From an uncultured Clostridia bacterium (lineage in GTDB: Bacteria > Bacillota > Clostridia > TANB77 > CAG-508), in contig CALXKE010000010.1 in assembly GCA_944388805.1 (NCBI GenBank), forward strand, positions 414 to 64,413: a stretch of 64,000 nucleotides of DNA, given 5' to 3'. The notes beneath the pieces are model-generated. The model worked only from the letters and a program-made list of their open reading frames with translations, did not search any database and was not told the origin of the DNA. A program made the position numbers and the translations under genes. Shown here one piece after another: positions 19,901-29,467 of the stretch (position 1 is its first letter; each line of letters opens with the position of its first letter).

Positions 19901-19950
19901 CAGACCTAAATAATAAACTATATAAAGTTGTATTATTTGAGGTCTGTTTT
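19901..19950 (+). terminator. long-stem terminator downstream of pfk
   Basis: cagacctaaataata ... tattatttgaggtctg followed by ttttt. Confidence 0.6.
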
Positions 19951-19961
19951 TATTGTCTTAG

Positions 19962-20001
19962 ACAACAAGGTTCTGTGATACTAGGACTGCAATCTTTGAT
20001 T
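19962..20001 (-). repeat. possible degenerate, internally deleted R1 fragment
   Basis: acaacaaggtt (19962-72) and aatctttgatt (19991-20001) match the reverse complement of the R1 segments taaccttgttgt and aaatcaaagatt. Only two 11-mers match. Confidence 0.3.
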
Positions 20002-20059
20002 ACTTCATTGGGTCAGGTTCTTATTTTATTACATTTATATTACATTTTAATTCTTCTTA

Positions 20060-20088
20060 TTGAGATAATAAAATATTATTGGTATAAT
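20060..20088 (+). promoter_or_regulatory. sigma-A-like promoter for 20247 gene
   Basis: TTGAGA, 17 nt, TATAAT. Confidence 0.45.
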
Positions 20089-20246
20089 TTGGTTATAATA
20101 ATTATTCAGAAATTGTGCATTATAAAATCAAAGTTTTCAACATGCATATAAGAAACTTAACTTTGCTGTATGCGGAAAATTTATATGTATAAAAGATAAA
20201 AATAGGTTTTTCTATGCAATAACTAAGAAAGGAATGATAATAAAAT

Positions 20247-20918
20247 ATGGAAAACTTAAAAAATGTGGAAAAGGTGGACAAGAAACAAAAAATATTTCTT
20301 ATTTCAATATGTGTTATAGTAGCAATTATCGTAGTAGGACTTATTGTATATGTAATTACAAATAATGCATCAGAAAATGACAATGAAAATAAATTAGCAA
20401 ATATGTATGAAAAAATGATGCAAAATGAAACATATAGCATAACATTCCAGTTAAGTGATAATAATAAATATACAGTATCAAGAAAAAGCGATGTAGCAAA
20501 TATTGATACATATAATAATGGAAGTCACACAACAAATATTATCAAAGATGGAAATACGTATTTATTAATGTATAATACAAAAAGATATTATACCTATCAA
20601 AATAATGTAACAGGACTTGGAGAATTGTCAAATCAATTAAATAAAATCATTCAAAGTCAAGAGCCTGAAAGAGGACAAGAAGAAGTAAATGGTAAAAATT
20701 ATCGCTATGAAGAATATAAAGGAATATCAGACTTTTTAATGAATACAGATGAAAACGTTTCGGAAGAAGATACAAATACTAGATTTTACTTTGATGGTGA
20801 CGATTTAAAATATATTAGAACAATCATGGGAGATAAATCTGAATTAATTAGTGTAGATGTGTCTTATGATGTTGATGATAGTATATTTGAAATACCATCA
20901 GATTTTCAAAAAGGATAA
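20247..20918 (+). CDS. membrane-anchored hypothetical protein
   Basis: 223 aa with one N-terminal TM (IFLISICVIVAIIVVGLIVYVI). No recognisable motif. Confidence 0.6.
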   Translation: MENLKNVEKVDKKQKIFLISICVIVAIIVVGLIVYVITNNASENDNENKLANMYEKMMQNETYSITFQLSDNNKYTVSRKSDVANIDTYNNGSHTTNIIKDGNTYLLMYNTKRYYTYQNNVTGLGELSNQLNKIIQSQEPERGQEEVNGKNYRYEEYKGISDFLMNTDENVSEEDTNTRFYFDGDDLKYIRTIMGDKSELISVDVSYDVDDSIFEIPSDFQKG

Positions 20919-20989
20919 AAAGCATGCAGAATGAAATCAAACATTTTGATGCTTTAAATAAAAATATTTTATTAAGGAGGAATTAGAAC

Positions 20990-22153
20990 ATGTCAGTAAA
21001 ATTTGTTTTAAATGAAACATCATATTTTGGAAAAGGAGCAAGAGAAGAACTTGCAGGAGAAATCCAAAAAAGAGGATTTAAAAAAGTATTTTTAGTAAGT
21101 GACAAATCTTTAGTAGAGGCTGGAGTAACAGCTAAAGTTGAAGAGGTACTAAATAAAGCAAATGTTCCTTATGATTTATATGATGAGATAAAACCAAATC
21201 CAACCATTAAAAATGTAACAGATGGTGTTGAAGCTTGTAAAAATTCAGGAGCAGATTTAATTGTAGCAGTAGGTGGAGGTTCAAGTATTGATACAGCAAA
21301 AGGAATTTCAATCGTTATGACAAACCCAGATAGAGCAGATATCAAATCTTTAAATGGAGCATCTGACACAGTAAATAGAGGAATGCCTGTTATTGCTTTA
21401 CCTACAACAGCAGGAACAGCCGCAGAGGTTACTATCAATTATGTTATTACAGATGAAGATGCAGAAGTAAAAATGGTATGTGTAGATCCTAATGATATTC
21501 CAATCTTAGCAATTATAGATTCAGAATTAATGGCATCAATGCCAAAAAGTCTAGCAGCAGCAACAGGAATGGATGCATTAACACATGCAGTTGAAGGATA
21601 TATTACAAAAGCACATAATGAAATGTCAGATATGTTTCATATGAAGGCTATTAAAATGATATTCAAATATTTACCAGCAGCAGTTAATGACAAAGATGAA
21701 GAGGCTATTGAAATGATGGGAATGGCACAATATATTGCTGGAATGGGATTCTCAAATGTAGGACTAGGAATTGTTCATTCAATGGCGCACCAATTAGGAG
21801 CTGTATATGATACACCACATGGAATTGCTAATGCTATGCTACTTCCAACAGTTATGAGATTTAATGGAGAAGATCCAGCAACAGCACAAAGATTTAGAGA
21901 AATCTTAATGAATATCGGAAGACCAGATGCAGAACATTTAAATGACCAAGATGTGATTAATACATTTGTATGGATGATTTCAGAATTAAGTAAAACAGTA
22001 GGAATCAATACAAAAATTACAGATTATGGAGCAAAAGAAGAAGATTTTGAGATGCTTGCTGAAAAAGCTATGAATGATCCATGTAAACCAGGAAATCCAA
22101 GAGAAGTTACAAAAGAAGATTTCATAGAATTATATAGAAGAGCAGCACAATAA
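20990..22153 (+). CDS. iron-containing alcohol dehydrogenase, lactaldehyde reductase (FucO)-like
   Basis: MSVKFVLNETSYFGKGAREEL...VSDKSLVEAGV parallels the FucO N-terminus. GGGSSIDTAKG plus His-rich metal site (HSMAHQLG). Confidence 0.8.
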   Translation: MSVKFVLNETSYFGKGAREELAGEIQKRGFKKVFLVSDKSLVEAGVTAKVEEVLNKANVPYDLYDEIKPNPTIKNVTDGVEACKNSGADLIVAVGGGSSIDTAKGISIVMTNPDRADIKSLNGASDTVNRGMPVIALPTTAGTAAEVTINYVITDEDAEVKMVCVDPNDIPILAIIDSELMASMPKSLAAATGMDALTHAVEGYITKAHNEMSDMFHMKAIKMIFKYLPAAVNDKDEEAIEMMGMAQYIAGMGFSNVGLGIVHSMAHQLGAVYDTPHGIANAMLLPTVMRFNGEDPATAQRFREILMNIGRPDAEHLNDQDVINTFVWMISELSKTVGINTKITDYGAKEEDFEMLAEKAMNDPCKPGNPREVTKEDFIELYRRAAQ

Positions 22154-22162
22154 ACAATTTTT

Positions 22163-22386
22163 CAGCCCTATATACAAGTGATAGGTTTTTATAAATTATT
22201 TATTACTCGGTTCAATACGATATTTAAGAATTTGTAACATAATTTCTTGAGCCTCTTTCACTCAGACCCTCACTATGTGAGTACCGTGAACATCCCTCAA
22301 TAAATTATGTAACAAATTCTAAAATATCTCCAATCACATTCGTAATGAAATAATTTATAAAAACCTATCACTTGTATATAGGGCTG
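22163..22386. repeat. 224-nt nested palindrome H2 (MITE-like or rod-shaped RNA)
   Basis: Perfect 39-nt terminal inverted repeats (22163-22201 / 22348-22386). Second tier 22222-22251 / 22296-22325 pairs at 27 of 30 positions. Apical ctcac-tat-gtgag hairpin. Confidence 0.85.
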
Positions 22387-22420
22387 AATAGTTATAATTT
22401 TATGAATTTCAAAAAAACAC

Positions 22421-22449
22421 TTGTAAAAACTAAAAAAATGTGCAATAAT
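22421..22449 (+). promoter_or_regulatory. promoter of the valS leader
   Basis: TTGTAA, 17 nt, AATAAT with an upstream TG. Confidence 0.4.
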
Positions 22450-22455
22450 ATTAAC

Positions 22456-22757
22456 ATAATAGAAAAAGACAATAAAAAAGAGGAGTACATTTACACATAT
22501 TTTTAGAGAATAGAAGTCATTGGCTGTAAGCTTCTTAAATCATGATAAATGGAAGGTAGCTTTTTTGTTGATATTCTGAAATAATAGTAAGAATGTCCGT
22601 TTAAGCAGCGTTATAGGCTAAAGAGATATATAGCAATACTGTTTTTTTATAATTTAGAGATGGATATGTGTTAATAAAAAACAATTTCGTTATATAAGTA
22701 AGGTGGTACCGTGAATATCATTCGCCCTTATGCTTTATGCATAAGGGCTTTTTTTTA
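22456..22757 (+). promoter_or_regulatory. T-box leader (tRNA-sensing riboswitch) with terminator
   Basis: Conserved T-box sequence aAGGTGGTACCGTG at 22700-22713. Terminator gcccttatgc-ttta-tgcataagggc plus a T-run at 22724-22757. Candidate specifier GAA-GUC-A at about 22512-22518, not confidently placed. Upstream of valS. Confidence 0.8.
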
Positions 22758-22832
22758 AAATAGGAAACATTGCTTTTTCCTATTCAAAAAAACAACATTA
22801 CACAGAAAAATTGTTACACAATTTTTCGCGTC

Positions 22833-22919
22833 GACAAATCTTTACGCTTCTTCAAGAACTTAAAGACATATAGTTAAATAAAAAAAATAGAGAAAAGTTC
22901 TCGAGAAGCGAGATTTGTC
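22833..22919. repeat. imperfect palindrome H4 between the T-box terminator and the first ORF
   Basis: gacaaatctttacgcttcttcaagaactt ... aagttctcgagaagcgagatttgtc. Preceded by small hairpins at 22759-22785 and 22805-22827. Confidence 0.75.
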
Positions 22920-22947
22920 CATACATTACTAAAATGGAGGAAATAAA

Positions 22948-23244
22948 ATGGGAGATGTAGAAAAAAGTAGACAGAAGAGAACGTTTGTAGAACAATATGA
23001 AAAGCATAAATTGGGTCCATTAGAAGAATTAATTTTTAAACCACATAAAGAAAATGGACTTAGAAAATTAACCAGAGAAGAAATTGAAAAATATTTAAGT
23101 TTAGATATAAAAGCATTAAAGAAAACAAAAATGAATATAAAAACGATTATCATTGCAGAAGAAACCCAAAAGTTTTTAGCTAAAAATAAACAAAAATTAT
23201 TAAATAAAATAAAAGAAAGGGAGGAAGATGAATATGCAAGATAA
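22948..23244 (+). CDS. Lys/Glu-rich hypothetical 98-aa protein overlapping the valS start
   Basis: RBS aatGGAGGaa 7 nt upstream. Its end overlaps valS by 17 nt, suggesting translational coupling. No motif recognised. Confidence 0.5.
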   Translation: MGDVEKSRQKRTFVEQYEKHKLGPLEELIFKPHKENGLRKLTREEIEKYLSLDIKALKKTKMNIKTIIIAEETQKFLAKNKQKLLNKIKEREEDEYAR

Positions 23245-25894
23245 GTATAATCCAAAAGATTTTGAAGAAAAACTATATCAAGAGTGGGAGGAAAAAGGGT
23301 ATTTTAAACCAAGTATGGATAAAACCAAAGAAAGTTATTGTATTATGATGCCACCTCCAAATGTAACAGGTAAATTACATATGGGGCATGCTTTAGATGA
23401 TACCATACAAGATATCTTAATTCGTTTTAAAAGAATGCAAGGATATAATACCTTATGGCTTCCAGGAACAGATCATGCGGCTATTTCAACAGAAATGAAA
23501 GTAGTTGAAAAATTAAGAAATGAAGGAAAAACAAAACAAGAATTAGGTAGAGAAAAATTTCTAGAAGAAGCATGGGAATGGACAAGAATCTATGGTGGAA
23601 CGATTGAAATGCAACAAAAGAAATTAGGTTGTTCTTGTGATTGGGATAGAAAACGTTTTACAATGGATGAAGGATTATCAGATGCAGTTTTAGAGCAATT
23701 TGTTGATTTATATAACAAAGGATTAATCTATAAAGGAAAAAGAATGATTAACTATTGCCCAAGTTGTAAAACATCTATATCAGATGCAGAAGTGGAATAC
23801 AAAGAAGAACCTTCTCATTTATGGCATATCCGTTATCAAATAACAGGAGAAAAAGATAGATATATTGTAGTTGCCACAACAAGACCTGAAACCATGTTAG
23901 GAGACACAGCAGTTGCCGTTCACCCAGAGGATGAAAGATACAAAGATTTAGTTGGAAAAACATGTATTTTACCAATTATGAATAAAGAAATTCCAATTAT
24001 TGCAGATGACTTTGTTGATAAAGAATTTGGAACAGGATGTGTTAAAATCACACCAGCTCATGATATGAATGACTATCAGGCAGGTTTAAGACATAACTTA
24101 GAAATTGTAGAAGTATTTGATGAAGATTATAAAATGGGTGATTTAGTTCCAGAATACAAAGGAATGGATTTATTAGAAGCTAGAAAAGCAATTGTAAAAA
24201 AACTAGAAGAAATTGGAGCATTAGTAAAAACAGAAGACTATACCCATAATGTAGCAAAATGTGAAAGATGTAAAACAACCATAGAACCAAAAATATCTGA
24301 GCAATGGTTTGTTTCTATGAAAGAATTAGCAAAAAGAGCAGCAGATTCTGTTAGAAATCATGAAGCTAGATTTATCCCTAAAAAATATGAAAAACAATAT
24401 TTTAATTGGCTAGATAATATACAAGATTGGTGTATATCAAGACAATTATGGTGGGGACATCAAATACCAGCATATTATTGTGAAGAATGTGGACATATCA
24501 ATGTTGCAAAAACAGCGCCAGAAAAATGTGAAAAATGTGGAAGTACAAAATTACATCAAGATGAAGATACATTAGATACATGGTTTAGTTCAGCATTATG
24601 GCCATTCTCAACTTTAGGTTGGCCAAACATGGAAACAGAAGATTATAAAACATTCTATCCAACAAATGTACTAGTTACAGGATTTGACATTATTACTTTC
24701 TGGGTATCTAGAATGATGTCACAAGGATTAGAATTTACTGGTCAGGCACCATTTAAAGATATTTTAATCCATGGAATGGTTCGTGATAGTCAAGGAAGAA
24801 AAATGTCTAAAACTTTAGGAAATGGTATAGATCCAATTGAAATTATTGATGAGTATGGAGCAGATAGTTTAAGATTTGCTGTCATATCAGGAACCACAAT
24901 GGGAAATGACATTCGATACATGCCAGAAAAATTAGAGCAAGCATCAAACTTTGCAAATAAAATATGGAATGCAACAAAATTTATTAGAAACAATGATGTA
25001 AAAGATGAAGACATTATTACATTCCATACAGAAGTATTTGACAAAGAAACAGGTAAATACAAAAAAGAATTATTACATTTAGAGGATAAATGGATTATCA
25101 ATAAACTAGAAACCTTAATCACAGAAGTAACCAATAATATGGAAAATTATGACTTAGGTGTTGCTTTAGATAAAGTATATAACTTTATTTGGAATGAATT
25201 CTGTGATTGGTATATAGAAATGGTAAAACCAAGACTATATAGTGATGATTACAAAGAAAAAGTAAAAGTTTGCTATGTATTAGATTATGTATTTGGTATT
25301 TCAATGAAACTATTACATCCATTTATGCCATTTGTGACAACAGAAATTTATAGAAATTTAGTAAAATATAATGATAAAGAATTAATGGTATCAAAATGGC
25401 CTTATGCAAAAAATGAGAATGCATTTAAAGAGGAAGAAGAGTTTGTTGAAAGATTAAAAGCGATGATTACAGAAATCAGAAATACAAGAGCAAATATGAA
25501 TGTACATCCATCTAAAAAAGCGGAATTGATTTTTGTAACTGAAAAATATGAAAAAGAAATAGAGGAAGCAAAAGAATTCTTGTTAAAGTTAGGATTTGGA
25601 AGCAATATAACCATTCAAAAAGATAAAGTAGGAATTAAAGATGATGCTATTAGCATTGTACAAGATGGAATAGAACTATATATGCCATTTGAAGGATTAG
25701 TGGATATGGAACAAGAGAGAAAAAGATTACAAGAAGAGAAGAAAAGACTAGAAGGTGAAGTGGCAAGATGTGAAAAAATGTTATCTAATCCAGGATTTAT
25801 GAATAAAGCACCACAAAGTAAAATTGATGAAGAAAAAGCAAAATTGGAGAAATACAAAGATATGTTAGCAAAGGTGATGGAATCTTTGAAATAA
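23228..25894 (+). CDS. valS: valine--tRNA ligase
   Basis: HIGH (LHMGHAL), KMSKS (RKMSKTLGN), C-terminal coiled coil. 888 aa. Confidence 0.97.
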   Translation: MNMQDKYNPKDFEEKLYQEWEEKGYFKPSMDKTKESYCIMMPPPNVTGKLHMGHALDDTIQDILIRFKRMQGYNTLWLPGTDHAAISTEMKVVEKLRNEGKTKQELGREKFLEEAWEWTRIYGGTIEMQQKKLGCSCDWDRKRFTMDEGLSDAVLEQFVDLYNKGLIYKGKRMINYCPSCKTSISDAEVEYKEEPSHLWHIRYQITGEKDRYIVVATTRPETMLGDTAVAVHPEDERYKDLVGKTCILPIMNKEIPIIADDFVDKEFGTGCVKITPAHDMNDYQAGLRHNLEIVEVFDEDYKMGDLVPEYKGMDLLEARKAIVKKLEEIGALVKTEDYTHNVAKCERCKTTIEPKISEQWFVSMKELAKRAADSVRNHEARFIPKKYEKQYFNWLDNIQDWCISRQLWWGHQIPAYYCEECGHINVAKTAPEKCEKCGSTKLHQDEDTLDTWFSSALWPFSTLGWPNMETEDYKTFYPTNVLVTGFDIITFWVSRMMSQGLEFTGQAPFKDILIHGMVRDSQGRKMSKTLGNGIDPIEIIDEYGADSLRFAVISGTTMGNDIRYMPEKLEQASNFANKIWNATKFIRNNDVKDEDIITFHTEVFDKETGKYKKELLHLEDKWIINKLETLITEVTNNMENYDLGVALDKVYNFIWNEFCDWYIEMVKPRLYSDDYKEKVKVCYVLDYVFGISMKLLHPFMPFVTTEIYRNLVKYNDKELMVSKWPYAKNENAFKEEEEFVERLKAMITEIRNTRANMNVHPSKKAELIFVTEKYEKEIEEAKEFLLKLGFGSNITIQKDKVGIKDDAISIVQDGIELYMPFEGLVDMEQERKRLQEEKKRLEGEVARCEKMLSNPGFMNKAPQSKIDEEKAKLEKYKDMLAKVMESLK

Positions 25895-25965
25895 TTGTAT
25901 AAAAATATGACAGACACTTTCTTTTATATAAGAGAGTGTCTGTTTGCATTAGATATGCAAAATTA

Positions 25966-25994
25966 TTGAGTTTTAGGGGATTTTGTGGTATAAT
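25966..25994 (+). promoter_or_regulatory. promoter of 26038 gene
   Basis: TTGAGT, 17 nt, TGg-TATAAT (extended -10). Confidence 0.5.
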
Positions 25995-26037
25995 AAAAAA
26001 AGCAACATGCAATAATAAAAAGTTGGAGGACAAAAAA

Positions 26038-26538
26038 ATGGAAGAAAAAATGACAGCACGGAAAAGAAAATTCACGGAAAAGGATTTAAATTCTATCCGT
26101 GAGAAAACAGGGGAGCCTTATTGGATTGAAAGCCCATTAGAGTGCTTTTGGAAAGAGATAAAGGCAATCTTGAGGACAACCGAAAAGCCGGCTTCCTGGA
26201 AGAAGTTGAAAGGCAAAGACATCTATGGAGATGTCTGGCAGCAGGAAATTGGGCAGTATATGCATCACCACACAGTTCACCGGTTTGCTTGGCTGTATGT
26301 TAAGGATACTGGTGAGGTTATTGGTGAGCATGGACATGAAGAGCCTGTGAACACCAGGAAAAATGCTAAAGGAAAACAGATTAAGAGTAAGCAAACCAAG
26401 AAATTCAAAGAATGGTATGTTTTTCCGGACGGTAACGTGATTGTTTGCCCTAGAGGTAAGACACATAGATTGGTAAATCATTTCGGTAAACCAATTTATG
26501 TGCTTTCTATAAAAGTGGGCAGCAACAGCACGAGGTAA
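26038..26538 (+). CDS. hypothetical protein, possibly cupin-like, on a GC-richer islet
   Basis: Start at MEEKM after aGGAGGa. His cluster (GEHGHEEP ... HRLVNH). Composition is clearly GC-richer than the flanks. Hairpin terminator at 26556-26600. Confidence 0.55.
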   Translation: MEEKMTARKRKFTEKDLNSIREKTGEPYWIESPLECFWKEIKAILRTTEKPASWKKLKGKDIYGDVWQQEIGQYMHHHTVHRFAWLYVKDTGEVIGEHGHEEPVNTRKNAKGKQIKSKQTKKFKEWYVFPDGNVIVCPRGKTHRLVNHFGKPIYVLSIKVGSNSTR

Positions 26539-26625
26539 GTATCCAACTGATTGTACAAAACTGCATTTGAGACATATTGTCAAAAATGCAGTTTTGTATA
26601 TTTAAAATCAATTATTCATTTTATA

Positions 26626-28056
26626 TTATCTTAATAAATTAAACCAACTCGAAAATACCTTTGTACTCATGGTAGCGATATCAATTTTATTAACAGAAAC
26701 TTGAGAAACCAAATTAACTGTGCTAAGTACTTCTCCGTCCAAGGAAAAAGAAACTTCACCTACTTTTTGCCCAACAGAGATAGGAGCAGAAATATTTTCA
26801 TCAATCGTCACAGTTTGTTCTATATTTTTTTCACTACCTTTTGCTAACAAAATACCAGCATCATTTTCCAATACAACAGGAATGGTTGCTTGCACACCTT
26901 TATCAATACTAATCGTTTGGATTAAATCTCCAGCTTTCCCAAAACTTTGATAAGAGAAATTGTTAAATCCATAATCTAATAACTTTTGAGCTTCTGAAAA
27001 ACGAACTTTTGTAGAAGGTGCTTTCATAATAACAGCAATCAAAGATAAATCATCACGTGTGGCACTGGCAGATAAATTATACAAAGCAAGAGAAGTAGAA
27101 CCAGTCTTCAAACCAGTAGCACCAGGATAGTTTTTTATTAAACGATTAGTATTAGAAAGTTGGGTCTCTCCATCTCGTAAAGTATCCATCCAAATGGTTG
27201 TATAATTTGTAATCTCAGGATATTTGGTAAGTAACTCTCTAGACATAATGGCAATATCATAACTAGAAGTCACATGACCATCTTCATCTAAACCATGACA
27301 ATTCTTAAAAGTGGTATCACTCATACCTAGTTCATAAGCTTTATCATTCATCATTTGAACAAAAGCTTCTTCTGAACCAGCAATATATTCAGCCATTGCA
27401 ACCACGCAATCATTAGCAGAATTCACACAAATAGCTTTTAACATCTCATCAACTGTTAAGGTTTCTGTTGTATCTAACCATATTTGAGAACCACCCATAG
27501 AAGCTGCATTTTCACTGCAAGGAACAGAATCGATTAAAGATATCTTGCCAGCATCTAACGCTTCCATAATGAGAAGAATACTCATAACTTTTGTAACAGA
27601 TGCAGGTCTTAATTGTTCATGAATATTATGGGCATATAAAATCCTACCAGAAGATTGTTCAATCAAAATCGCAGATTCAGACTCTAAATTTAAAGAATTA
27701 TTATCTGTTACTTCACTTGTTGCATTTGCAAGTAAAGAAGAATCCTCTTCTACTTTAGAAAGATTTGCAGTACTATTAGTACTTGTATTTGTGCCTGTGT
27801 TGTTAGACGTGTTGGTAGCATTTGTAGATATCATATTAGAACTATTGGAATTTGTACTTGAATTTGTAACATTTGTAGTACTAGAAGAACCTGTTGTATT
27901 GTTAACAATATTTAATGTATTGCTATTGCTAGACCAAACATATAAAGATTCATCTGAAGCATACACAAAAGAAGAGTAAGAACTGAAAAAGCAAAGAATA
28001 AGAAGAATAATAAAGAAACGTTTCATATTTGTTTTATTCATATATTTGTACATCAT
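26626..28056 (-). CDS. D-alanyl-D-alanine carboxypeptidase (PBP5/DacB-DacF type)
   Basis: Signal peptide, S/T/N-rich linker, SxxK (ASVTK), SxN (NSAND), KTG (LKTGST), C-terminal PBP5 domain. Confidence 0.88.
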   Translation of the reverse strand: MMYKYMNKTNMKRFFIILLILCFFSSYSSFVYASDESLYVWSSNSNTLNIVNNTTGSSSTTNVTNSSTNSNSSNMISTNATNTSNNTGTNTSTNSTANLSKVEEDSSLLANATSEVTDNNSLNLESESAILIEQSSGRILYAHNIHEQLRPASVTKVMSILLIMEALDAGKISLIDSVPCSENAASMGGSQIWLDTTETLTVDEMLKAICVNSANDCVVAMAEYIAGSEEAFVQMMNDKAYELGMSDTTFKNCHGLDEDGHVTSSYDIAIMSRELLTKYPEITNYTTIWMDTLRDGETQLSNTNRLIKNYPGATGLKTGSTSLALYNLSASATRDDLSLIAVIMKAPSTKVRFSEAQKLLDYGFNNFSYQSFGKAGDLIQTISIDKGVQATIPVVLENDAGILLAKGSEKNIEQTVTIDENISAPISVGQKVGEVSFSLDGEVLSTVNLVSQVSVNKIDIATMSTKVFSSWFNLLR

Positions 28057-28232
28057 AAAACCTCCAAAATAGCAGATAACTGCTAGAATATACTTAAAAA
28101 TATTTTATTAAAATATATGATAGAAAAATCAAAAAAGAACTGGAAGGGATAGTAAAACTTGAAAAAGTCCGTAAAAAGTGAGATAATATAGCAGAAACAA
28201 TGTAAACACTATGAGTATAAGGAGGAGATAAT

Positions 28233-28487
28233 ATGAACAAAAAAGACATCTTATGGGGGATTTTAGACCCAGCAACACTCTCTGTAAAGGGAGTTATTGG
28301 GCCAGACGACGAAAGGCATCCATATAAGCTCAGTGTAGGAACAGGACGGTGTGAAGTCTTAAAGGAAGACTATTATGCATTGCCTGAAAAGGAATGGAAA
28401 GAAGCGATGAACTGGGTGTTACAGAACACACTAGATTCATTCATCAAAAAAGATGTTTCTTTTGACATCATAGAAGACAAAAAATAA
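28233..28487 (+). CDS. hypothetical 84-aa protein
   Basis: RBS aaGGAGGag. GC-richer. Strong terminator immediately downstream. Confidence 0.5.
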   Translation: MNKKDILWGILDPATLSVKGVIGPDDERHPYKLSVGTGRCEVLKEDYYALPEKEWKEAMNWVLQNTLDSFIKKDVSFDIIEDKK

Positions 28488-28495
28488 GTTCTCCT

Positions 28496-28550
28496 GAGAG
28501 GAAGAAAAGAAATTCGGTTATTGAAATCTTTTTCTTCCTCTCTTTTTCTT
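28496..28550 (+). terminator. intrinsic terminator
   Basis: gagaggaagaaaaga ... tctttttcttcctctc followed by tttttctt. Confidence 0.7.
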
Positions 28551-28601
28551 GACAATATTTTAGAATAAAGATAAGATAAAAGTAATAAAGGGGGAATCAA
28601 A

Positions 28602-29339
28602 ATGCCAACATGGGCCATTCATTTAGCAACAGCCAAAAAAATAAGCAAAAAGATAAATATAGATAAAAATATATTTACATTTGGAAATATATTGCCAGAT
28701 ATACCAAATGAATATGTGGTAAAAGGAATCACGCATCATGCATCACATGCAAGAACACATTTTGAAACAGACGTTTTAGTGGTACAACATATAGAAAAAA
28801 GATATGATTTAAGAAATTTTGCAGAAAAAAATAAATCTAAATTTTCTAATCCATTAATGTTAGGATACTATGTACATCTATTAACAGATTATTTTTGGAA
28901 TGATAAAACATATGGAGAACATGGAATCTATGACGAAGAAAAAAACCGAATAGGATTAATTTTAAATAATGGAGAAAGAATCTTATGTAGTAAAGAAAAA
29001 GCAAGACAAATCAAAACACAAGACTTTAAAATATTTTCAAAATATATTTATGATCATCATTTAGCAGATAAACCGGAATATCAAGAGGAGATAAAAGAGT
29101 ACTTAAAAGAAATTGATTGGATTACATTGGAAGAATCGGATATAGAAAAAACAATAGAATATATAAGTGATAGATATACAGGAAAGGCACAAGTATTAGA
29201 AGATGGAGAAAGTGCAGAATATAAGATATATAGTGAAAAAGAAATGTTAGAATTAATGGATGCATCTGTCATATTTATTTTAAAAATGATAAGAAAGGCA
29301 GGCATTAACGAAATCAAAGATTTCGACGCACACATGTGA
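28602..29339 (+). CDS. His-rich hypothetical protein (possibly a zinc-dependent phospholipase C-like hydrolase fold)
   Basis: MPTWAIHLATAKK ... HHASHARTHF ... YYVHLLTDYFWN. The last 16 codons are read from the R1 repeat copy. Confidence 0.5.
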   Translation: MPTWAIHLATAKKISKKINIDKNIFTFGNILPDIPNEYVVKGITHHASHARTHFETDVLVVQHIEKRYDLRNFAEKNKSKFSNPLMLGYYVHLLTDYFWNDKTYGEHGIYDEEKNRIGLILNNGERILCSKEKARQIKTQDFKIFSKYIYDHHLADKPEYQEEIKEYLKEIDWITLEESDIEKTIEYISDRYTGKAQVLEDGESAEYKIYSEKEMLELMDASVIFILKMIRKAGINEIKDFDAHM

Positions 29340-29390
29340 AGACTGCTTCGTGGTATTTCACAAATATAAGAAGCTTAACCTTGTTGTATA
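29289..29390 (+). repeat. R1 repeat, 5' module copy
   Basis: About 90% identical to 13598-13699 (ataagaaaggc..ttaacgaaatcaaagatttcgacgcacacatgtgaagactgcttcg...aatataagaagcYtaaccttgttgtata). Confidence 0.85.
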
Positions 29391-29467
29391 AAGATGATGA
29401 AATGAGAAAATAAAAAATTTATAAAAAAACAAAGAAAAAACAAAAAATAATAAAAGAGGATAAAATC

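Noticed and set aside
19825-20151. ORFs that read through the G-family repeats (19825..20151, 30151..30345, 35092..35367)
   Set aside because: Their N-termini are simply translations of the GGGGACG hairpins (GDG, KGTCHFG, GTCQNGHF). They have no RBS, and the rest is AT-rich intergenic sequence or lies antisense to real genes.
25936-26037. Long N-terminal extension (MSVCIRYAKLLSF...) of the 26038 gene
   Set aside because: The extension overlaps the valS terminator and the predicted promoter (25966-25994). The internal ATG has a strong GGAGG RBS.
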